Shown piece after piece: positions 54,922-64,000 of a stretch of DNA of 64,000 nt (positions within the stretch are counted from its first letter, which is position 1; each line of letters begins with the position of its first letter). The position numbers were made by a program, and so were the translations under genes. Under the pieces are notes generated by a model. The model had not been told where the DNA came from and did no database searches. It saw only the letters and a program-made list of their open reading frames with translations. Source of the stretch: Felis catus (Eukaryota); the NCBI RefSeq assembly GCF_018350175.1, contig NC_058368.1:108378001-108442000 (forward strand), read 5' to 3'.

Positions 54922-56760
54922 GGGGCATCTGAGTGGCTCAGTAAGTTAAGCATCCAACTCTTCATTTAGGCTCAGGTCATGATTTCACAGTTCATGGGTT
55001 CAAACCCTACAATGGGCTCTGCACTGACAGTGTGGAGCCTGCTTGGGATCCTCTCCTCCCCCACCTCTCAAAATAAATAAAGCTTAAAAAAAAAAAAAAC
55101 CTAAAAAAAAAAAAAATATGTGTCAAATGAAAAATGTGCATCCCCTACTCAGAAATGTTTATTTTTTTAAATTTTATTTTTCTAAGTAATTTCTACACCT
55201 AATATGGGGCTCGAACTCATGACCCTGAGATCAAGAGCTGCATGCTCTATTAAATGAGCAAGCCAGGTGTCCCCAGAACTGTCCTTTAAATGATTAAAGA
55301 AACTTCTATAATGTTTATTGTGAAGTTCATGATGGTTAGATTAATGTACCATGAGTTTGTTGTTTAAATGTCACACATTTCTGTCACTTATTTTTTGTGT
55401 GTGTGTGTTTATTTTTGAGAGAGAGAGAGAGAGAGCGCAAGAGCAGGGAAGGGGCAGAGAGAGAGAGGGAGAGAGAGAGAATCCCAAGCAGGCTCCATAC
55501 TGCCAGTGCAGAACTCAAACTCATGAAACTTGAGATCGTGACCTGAGCCTAAACCAAGAGTTGGACACTTAACTGACTGAGCCACCCAGGCATCCCCATT
55601 TCTATTATTAAAAAATTAAGCTTTGTTGTCTTTTTTTAATGTTTATTTATTTGGTTTTTTTTTTTTTTTTTTTTTTTTTTGAGAAGGAAAGAGTACACGT
55701 TTGCTCAGGGAAGAGGCAGAGAAAGAGAAGTAGAGAAAGAATACTGATGTGGGGATTGATCTCACAAAACGAGACCATGACCTGAGCCAATATCAAAAGT
55801 TGAACGATTAACTGCTTAACCAACAGAGCCACCTAACCACCCCATACTTCCTTGTCTTGATATAAATAACGGTGAATTATTGTGGCTGATTAATGGCTAC
55901 AGAAAGTCTTAACAAATTCTTGACCATTCATCACAGCAGACAAAAGGGAGGAAATATTTAAAAGAATACTAATATTCCAAAAACTTAACTGTAATCTCTA
56001 TCATTCCAGCTTATTCTGTTTCAGTGGCTAACTCATTACAAATTCATTAATGTGAATCTCAGAAACACAGGGAAAAAGAAACAATAGCCAAAAGGCTTAA
56101 ATAACCAAGAACGACTCTGCATTTTATTTGTTAAAATAGCAGATGCTTTGTTTTATTCTATTGGTTCTACTGGTTCAAGAAACACAGACTTCATTAAATC
56201 AAAAGGCAACCATGTACAGTTTCAGGACTCCAAGATAGGAATTTAAAAGTGGCATCAAAAATCACTGGGGTGCCTAGGTGGCTCAGTTGGTTAAGCATCC
56301 GACTTCAGCTCAGGTCATGATCTCGCACTCCGTGAGTTTGAGCCCGCGTCAGGCTTTGTGCTGACAACTCAGAGCCTGGAGACTGTTTCAGATTCTGTGT
56401 CTCCCTCCCAATCTCTGTGCCCCTCCCCCACTCATGCTCTGTCTCTGTCTCAAAAATAAATAAATGTTAAAAAAAAAAAAATCAAATGATCCATAGCATC
56501 TATCAAATAGACTATACCTTGATATTTAAATTTAACAGTTTTGTAACTAACAGCTACAATTAAAAGTCTTACCTCAAAAGTCTAAAAATCTCTTCTAAAC
56601 ATTATTGGAAAAAAGTCACTAAAAAATTACATTTTTATGCCACCAATTATTTTAAGAGAGAGCGCATGAGCAGGAGAGAGAGGTAGAGAATCTCAAGCAG
56701 GCTCCACACTCAGAGCACAGCCCGACCTGGTGCTCGACACAAGAGCCACCCAGGTGCCCT
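54922..56760. mobile_element. Cluster of six CanSINEs in both orientations
   Basis: + strand copies at about 54922 and 56267; - strand copies ending at about 55273, 55597, 55843 and 56759. Confidence 0.8.
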
Positions 56761-56879
56761 AATGTCACCAAATTTTAATATGAAGCCCCCAAATCTTACG
56801 AAGTAACAGAACAAATTCTAGAAGAACACCCCATGTGACCATTTTTCCAACCACCTTTCTCTTCTTTTACCTATTAATT

Positions 56880-57270
56880 ATGATGATGATAATTAACAAT
56901 GATTTATAAAAGCCAGGCACTAGCCTAAGAGCTTTATATATATTAAGTCATTTATTCCTCAAAAGTAACCTACGAAATAGGTTCTAGTATTGTCCCCATT
57001 TTACAAATGGGGAGTGATCACATAATTTGCCCAAGAAATAGTAGAACACAGACATGAACTCAAGCAGTCTGGCTCTGGAGGTCAATGTTCACAGACTTCT
57101 GTTCAGAACTTTGAGTAGCAGAGCTTGCTAAAAACCTCAAAGAGACACTTAAAGTAGGTGCTATTATTATACTCACTTTACAGACAAGGAAACTAAAATA
57201 TGTACAAAATCATATAAATAGTAAATGATAAATCAGGACTTTAACCTAGTTTGCCTGACTCTAAAAACCA
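56880..57270 (-). mobile_element. MIR fragments
   Basis: MIR core motifs ccccattttacaaatggg and actttacagacaaggaaact. Similar pieces occur near 11800, 16620 and 63830. Confidence 0.6.
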
Positions 57271-57607
57271 TTTTCTTAGCTATTAACATGTATCACCCTC
57301 CCTGTAACCATTAATATTAGCAACAAATCCAAACCCATCAGATAAATCAAACAAATTCCATATAAAACTAAAGATCAAATCAAAGTGAAGATACGATGTC
57401 AAGACATAAAGAGTACACCCTCAGAAATAAGAAATACAGGTTGCTTGCTACTATTTTCTACAGAACCAGCAAGTAAACACATTTATAAGATACATCACCT
57501 ACTTAGAAAAATTACACATCCTACATAAAACAGTTTAACATGACAGATAAAAAGTTGTAATGTTAACGTTGCCTGCCATATATTCTAAGCAGCAAATGTA
57601 AACATAC

Positions 57608-57691
57608 CTGCAAGGAGGCAAGACCATGGAGTCTTTCATAAGCACAGATCCAGAAAGCAGGATATACCAACATCGGGCAACAGTTTCTGAA
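57608..57691 (-). CDS. RAPGEF6: RAPGEF6 coding exon (exon 4), 84 bp, phase 2-2: (C)SETVARCWYILLSGSVLMKDSMVLPPC(S)
   Basis: Minus strand reads ttgaacag|TTCAGAAACTGTT...CCTCCTTGCAG|gtatgt. It contains the WYILLSGSV motif of the N-terminal cNMP-binding-like region of RAPGEF2/6. Confidence 0.95.
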
Positions 57692-59699
57692 CTGTTCAAG
57701 TAAGTAAGTTAATGAGTAAGTAAACATACACATTTCACCTGTTACATGGATTCAATACAAAATACCTAACATGAAATATATTCTAATATCACAAATCATT
57801 AAAAATTAATGGAATTTTGGGACATAGTGCCTGTTACTAAAAAATGTACCAACTTATAAGACTATGTTCACGTGGGAAAAAGTGTAATCACTATCTTAAG
57901 ATACAGACTTCAGAAGAATATGTTTACTAGCTCAATCTTATAAATTTGATCATTAGCATCACATTTTCCAATTTGTGTAGTGGATAACATTTGATGAATA
58001 AGAAAACTTAAAATTCTGTACTACACATGCATATCATAAAATCCTATACTAATAACTTATGTATATTAAAGACAATATTTGGAATTGACCACTTCATCAA
58101 TATTGTATCTTCACTCAACTAAAAAGTGAACCATAATCTATTTATTTCTTTTAAATTTTATTCTGACATACACAAACAAAATACCTTTTATATGTGTTTC
58201 AGGGATAAAAGAATACCAGATGACTCAAGTCTCTTAACATTTTAGTTAAATCTCTAATGGAAACCCAGCATCTTGTTAGATCTTAGTGTATAAACTTATC
58301 CTTCTGTCCTCTCAAATATCTTTATTTACCATACCTAAGGTTTTAATTAATTCCAATCTGGAGGAAATTTTAGTATCTGTAAAACAAATCATTCCTCTGA
58401 CATGGAGAACTATTTATCTAGCTATCTACTTGACATGTAAACTTGAATGTCTAACAGAGAACTCCAACTCAACAAAATCTACCTATTATTTCCTTCAAGC
58501 TTCTATTTTTTGTAGTATTCTCTGTCCTCAGTGAACACTGCTCTTCTCCATCCAGAAACCTAGGCTTCCAAAACATTCCACACAGCACTCAGGGTAAGCT
58601 TTCTATGTCAATCCTAATGCTCACCATGAGAAGGGAAAACTCTCGTTAACTTTCCAGGAGACACTTCAAAATTCTTTTTAATTTCTTCAAATCTTCATTG
58701 AGGGAAAATGTAGATGGCTGCAAATTTCCTAGTTAAGGTTCCTTGCTTAAAATTCTACTTCCTTACTCTTGTGAAAGAGGACTTACAAAGTCAAGAAAGA
58801 ATAAAACCAAAAAACAATCTGCCCAAAATTAAGACAGAACTAAGTTATAACTGGATGCCACCACAAGCCTCCAATTTTTATCTCACTTAGCTGAAGTGGT
58901 CACAAAGTTATCAATTAATTCTATTATAAATGCAGAAAACCCTGAATTTCACTCCTACCACAACGAGAACCATGCCAACCCATGAATAAGAAACTGTTTA
59001 GACCTTACAAAAAATTTCACACTCAGAGCATGGTGTGGTAATGCATTTGGACAAGTAAACCCAAGCAAAGTAAAATACTTTAGTGTCGGCCATTCTATCT
59101 CCTTCCTCTGGGCAAACAAAGGAATCAAAGAATGAACCAGTCCAAGGAAAGAAGGCATACTTAATGTTGTCAGATCTTCTATCTTCAAAGGCTTCAGATG
59201 CTCCTAAGATAAAGACCAAAATACGCTTCAGATGGCCTCCACCTGATTCTCCAGAATCTTCTCTTGCTGTTTCCTCTTCTTTCATCAAGGTGCTTGCACA
59301 CACTGATTTACTTTCACTTTTTCTACCATGTTGCTTAAGATCAACTACACACTCTCTTCTCTGCCTTTACCAACCTCTGAATTTAAATTCTTCAGTTAAC
59401 TTCCACATTCTTTGCAAGTTATCTTATTATTAACCAGATACAGAGTTGTATAACTCTTCATATTTTTTAAATAGTGCTGTGGTGCCTGGGTGGCATGTGA
59501 CTTTTGATCTTGGCCTCAGGTCAAGACCTCACGGTTTGCCAGCTCAAGCCCAGAGTCGGCCTCTGGGCTGATAGCACAGAGGCTGCTTTGGATTCTACCT
59601 CTCCCTCTCTCTGCCCCTCCCCAACTCGGTCTCTGTCTCTCTCTCTCTCAAAATAAATAAACTTAAAAAATAAAAGTTCTACTAAGGCAAAATTTGAAT

Positions 59700-60630
59700 A
59701 CCATAAATTCGCCCATAAATTGAGTGCATGACTCAATTTGCAAGAAAACTAAAACAAATGTGCAAAGATCACCGCAATCCGGTTTTAGAACACTTCTGTT
59801 TCCTAACCAATAGTATGCTCTCTGCATAGATTTGCCTTTCCTGGACAGTTTATATAAATGGAATCATATAATATGTGGAGGTTCTGTCTTGCTTCTTCCA
59901 CTTAGCATGTTTTTGAGGTTTATCCATGCTGCATTATAAATCCATGTTGCCTTTATTCCTTTTTTACTGCCAAATAGTATTCCATTATACAGATACATGA
60001 CATTTTATTTATCCATTCATGATACATTTTGATTGTTTCCAGTTTTAAGCTGGAAATACAAATAGTACTACTAAGAACATCTGTGTACAGTCTTTGTATG
60101 CACGTGTTTTTATTTCTCTAGCATAAATAAGTAAAAGTAGAATTACTGGGACAAGTGGTAAAACTATATGACTTTCTGGGAAACTGTCAAACTATTTTCT
60201 GCAATGGCTATACCATTTAACATCCATACCACTAACATATGAGGATTCCAGGTGTTACTATATCAGTGCCAACACTTGGTACTGTCTACATTTTTTAATG
60301 TAGCTATTCAAATAGCTCTGTACGAGTGACATCTCATTAATTTTTTGTGTTAATTTTGTATAGTGTAAGGTAAGGGTCTAAATTTACTTTTTGCAAATAA
60401 ATACTCAACACAGCATTATTTCCTGAAAAAACTATGCTGACCTCCTTGAAATGCTTTAACATCTTCATCATAAATTGTACATTGGTGGTTGGTTCCTTTT
60501 TAATCCTCATATTATAGCCACAATATGCAAAGATCTTACCTGGAGGCCATTAAAAACAAACTGTTCATAATTACAAGGCTTTACTTCTGGCCTCTCAATT
60601 CTCTTCCATTGATCTATTTATCTATACTTT
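59700..60630 (-). mobile_element. Old L1 3' fragment (L1MB/ME-like)
   Basis: atataaatggaatcatataatatgtg...cttagcatgtttttgaggtttatccatg...tattccatt. Confidence 0.7.
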
Positions 60631-60949
60631 TCTTTTTTTGATAGCACTTAAATATGTGTAACTTTTAATTAATTTTCTCTACTTGACTAAACAATAAGCT
60701 CAATAAAAACACTGTATCTTCGCACCATTCTACACCAAGGTAAGCATAAAGCGTAGCAGAAAAACATTTAATATTAAATGGATCAACAGATGTATGAAAA
60801 TAGCTATTAAAATTCCTATGAATCCAGTTTAATGCTTTAAAAATGGTAAATGTAATGTGCTGGTAATGAAACATTAAAGTCAATACTGTCTCAAAATAGC
60901 TGGTGAATCTATATAATAAAAGAACTCACCACTGCCAAAATTTTTACAA

Positions 60950-61900
60950 GGAAAACAGATACAAATAGTTTCATCATCTTGAGAAGGGAAAGACTTTTTT
61001 AAATAGGACATGAAAAGCATTAATCACAAGAGAAAAACTAGCCAGAATTAGAAAAATTAGTCAGAAATTTCTACTCTTCAAAAGATGCCTTTAGCAAAGT
61101 GAAAAAGCAAGCCACAGAGTAGAAGATCCAAGAAATAGAAGTATCCCAACAAGGGACAAGGATATGGAATTTATAAACAATTTCTACTAATTGAAAGAAA
61201 AACTACAGAAAACCCAATTAAAAAATAGTTAAAAATTTAAATCAGGTTTCATAAAAGGGCTATCAAAATAGCCTACAAAAACATGAAAATCATTATTAAT
61301 AAGCATGGAAATGTAAAATAAAATCATAATGAGATAATAAAATGAAGTATGTGAGTCAGATTCTAATGTCAGATTCTCCTAAATTTGGTCACACATTTCC
61401 TATAATTCTATTCCTAAGAATATGCCCTCAAATGTTCAGGAATGAGTATATAAAAGCACAAAAAGACATGAACAAAATGCTCATACAAACCTTACTATCT
61501 ACAAAAGGAAAAAACTGGAAACAACCCTAATATCTATCAACAGTGGACAGGATAAAGGAATTGTGTTATTTTCACACAGGGTGCAAAGCAGTGCAAAAAG
61601 ACTAAAGTAAAAACATGGAAAAATCTTAGACATGTGTCAAGTAAAAAAAGCCTGACCCAAATATTTTTATCTAAGTGGACTTCAAAAAGAGGTAAAACTA
61701 ATTTATGCTGCTATAAGTCAGAAATGGATTACCTTTCTAAGAGAGCTGACTAGAGCCTCGAGAGAGCAGATATGTTCTCTATGTTCAGTTCCATATTAGT
61801 TATTAATACATAATATTATATGTATTTATTAAACTTCACTGCACTGTAAATATTTCATGCACCTTCTATTTCAGTGTATGAATATATTACAATCTGCTAT
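60950..61900 (+). mobile_element. Old L1 3' fragment
   Basis: aaagtgaaaaagcaagccacagag, aaactggaaacaaccctaatatctatcaacag. Confidence 0.6.
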
Positions 61901-61995
61901 AAATAAATTCCTTCCAAATCAAATGAATTTCAATGCTAAAAGTCAAAATTTAAACATTAAAGCTATTAGTTTAAGTTAGTTAATAAAATACTTAC

Positions 61996-62052
61996 CAAAA
62001 AAGAATTTGATTGCCACTGTATCTCTCATAGCGTGCTCTTGCAGACATTAAT
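61996..62052 (-). CDS. RAPGEF6: RAPGEF6 coding exon (exon 3), 57 bp, phase 2-2: (R)LMSARARYERYSGNQILF(C)
   Basis: Minus strand reads ttttttttaatatgttag|ATTAATGTCTGCAAGA...ATTCTTTTTTG|gtaagt. The translation matches the recalled RAPGEF6 N-terminus and is in frame with the next exon. Confidence 0.95.
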
Positions 62053-62382
62053 CTAACATATTAAAAAAAAAGTCAAAAATTTAAAATTATTTTATCTTCA
62101 ATTTTGTTTTAAAAATAGTGTTATAATTATATACTTCAGTAGACAATGATCGTATCTACCACTAACTTCTTCACTCAACTACAAGAATTTAGAAATAGGG
62201 ACATCAAATGCAGTATTTTCGAAAACATCCATTGGATAATATTAAGTGGCAACAAATAAAATCTCTTATGTATATTCTATAACCTGCCAATTCACACTGC
62301 ATAATTTTCCTTTTCTATTATGGAGAAATACACATTTGTCTGATTCACTACTGAATCATGTTAAGAAATTACTGGTAGAAGT

Positions 62383-62820
62383 GGGGCACCTGGGTGGCTC
62401 AGTCAGTTAAGCGTCCAACTACAGCTCGGGTCATGATCTCAGAGCTCGTGAGTTCGAGCCTCACGTTGGACTCTGTGCAGACAGTTCAGAGCCTGGAGCC
62501 ACCTTCAGATTCTGCGTCTCACTCTCTCTCTGTTCCTCCCACGCTCACACTCTGCCTCTCCCTCTCTCTCTCAAAAATAAACATTAAAAAAAATTTAAAA
62601 AAAAAAAAAAAGGAAAGAAAGAAATTACTGGTAGAGGGGCGCCTGGGTGGGTCAGTCGGTTGAGTGTCTCACTCTTAATTTTGGCTCAGGTCAGGGTCAT
62701 GGGATCAAACCCCCTGCACTGGGCTCCAAGCCTGAGATCCTCTCTTTCTATCTGCCCCCCTCTCACCCCTTCATGCTCTCTTTCTCTATCTTAAAAATAA
62801 AAATAAAAGAAATTACTGGC
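62383..62820 (+). mobile_element. Two tandem CanSINEs sharing one target site
   Basis: Three copies of aagaaattactgg(t/c)aga at about 62363, 62619 and 62807. Confidence 0.85.
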
Positions 62821-63175
62821 AGAAGCATACACACAAAGTCTGTTGAATACATAAACATTACAAAAATTCATTAAAAATGCTTTTAGTGTTACTAAATGCT
62901 CTAGTTTTCAGCACGTTTCTTCCATACATATGCTGACATCTGACTACATTATACATAAAATAGACAATAATAAACCCAGGGGCACCTGGGTGGCTCAGTT
63001 GGTTAAGCATCAGCTCAGGTCATGGTTGACTTCCACTCAGGTCATGATCTCACAGTCTGTGACATCTCAGGCTCTGCACTAACAGTGTAGAGGCTCCTTG
63101 GGATTCTCTCTCTGCTCCTTCCCCTCTCACACTCGGTCTCTCAATCTCTCTCAAAATAAACAAACAGTAAGGAGA

Positions 63176-63256
63176 AAGAAAGAGAAAGAAAGAGAAAGGA
63201 AGGAAGGAAGGAAGGAAGGAAGGAAGGAAGGAAGGAAGGAAGGAAGGAAGGAAGGA

Positions 63257-63350
<94 letters not shown>

Positions 63351-63352
63351 GA
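63176..63352. repeat. Compound microsatellite (GGAA)n(GA)n(GAAA)n at the tail of a CanSINE (62978 to about 63170)
   Basis: Seen directly in the sequence. Confidence 0.95.
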
Positions 63353-64000
63353 AATAAATTCTAACAATTATATTTTAGCAATCTAATCTGGCCCTTAAAC
63401 AGAAACTTAAAGAATGATCAGAAAAAGTAATGGATAAGCTGGTCATGGAAGGAAAACACACTCTAAATTTTGATATGCGAAGTTAAGTGCTTTGCAAAAC
63501 TCAAAAGTGTTTTTATAAATATAACGACAATGACATAAGGTAGCAGGACAGAAAATTTATTTTACAGAGTAGGAAAATAAGGTTCAGAACGTTTATGGGT
63601 CCTGTTCACAGGGGCTCATACCAAGTCGAGAGTCCTGATCCGTCCACTTTCATACACTACATCATACTTTGCCTATCCTAAACATATGACCTAATAAATA
63701 TCAAAAAGAACTACAGAAAGTAAACAGCTTTGTTTTCACTGGCTAGCAAATACTGAACACTATGCTCTGCTTCAGGTAGTTATTCTCATGTTACCCTCAA
63801 AACACTGTAACAAAGATAATCTTATCGTCCCTATTTTACAGAAGACAAAACTATAGCTTACATGTTAAGATTTGCTCAAGGTTCCATAGTTAAGAAAAAC
63901 TGTGATGAGAAAGCAGAAATTTCTATGCTTATCCTAAAAAAGCCCCCAAATCATGTGGCCCCTACAATGATCTATCCAAACTCATCTGAATAACTCCATA

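Larger units (their letters stand above)
21667..59672. mobile_element. Additional dispersed CanSINEs, approximate starts: 21667-, 22188+, 22815-, 24468+, 25838+, 26722+, 27097-, 30064+, 32996+, 37628+, 39803-, 42388+, 45175+, 45595-, 46169+, 49257+, 51218-, 59480+. The coordinates give the envelope, not a single element.
   Basis: Each has the tRNA-derived gggg(c/t)(g/a)cctgggtggct head or its reverse complement. Most have TSDs, e.g. aagatgtcaatactaccc at 46151/46396. Confidence 0.8.

Noticed and set aside
58955..59433. Overlapping 77-116 aa ORFs on both strands
   Set aside because: The minus-strand DNA (ggccatctgaagcgtattttggtctttatcttaggagcatctgaagcctttgaag) resembles decayed L2 sequence. 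There is no recognisable protein or exon structure.
7448..63367. Many ORFs containing GAWVAQSVK / LSLSLS / ERERER
   Set aside because: These are chance translations of CanSINEs and microsatellites.
62053..64000. Search for RAPGEF6 exon 2
   Set aside because: I found no match to the expected peptide, so it presumably lies beyond the window.
1..64000. CRISPR array, operon or other prokaryotic/viral system
   Set aside because: There is no regularly spaced repeat-spacer array and no long intact ORF. The recurring repeats are dispersed SINEs with TSDs.

Overview
64 kb of AT-rich mammalian genomic DNA, almost certainly from a felid, because it carries many SINEC_Fc-type CanSINEs. The window lies inside RAPGEF6 (PDZ-GEF2) on the minus strand. 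Four canonical coding exons are visible (exons 3-6 by recalled human numbering; 57, 84, 70 and 144 bp). All have GT-AG boundaries and join in frame. The introns hold about 40 CanSINEs, stacked L1 fragments, L2/MIR remnants, a Tigger1-like DNA transposon, two solo LTRs and a decayed ERV-L pol with its 3' LTR. The most interesting signal is in the SINE-free part of intron 6 (about 1.0-7.4 kb). It is a short exon missed by the ORF track (2517-2570), encoding MAFLVRCYANCLQPWASK with a strong Kozak context and a perfect GTAAGT donor in phase 0. It could act as an alternative first exon or as an in-frame 57-nt cassette. RBFOX-type motifs lie upstream of it, and a candidate intronic poly(A) site follows exon 6. 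I found no prokaryotic features, CRISPR arrays or true RNA genes, and no wholly new system that the sequence alone can support. Repeat subfamily names and homologue comparisons come from memory, not from database searches.
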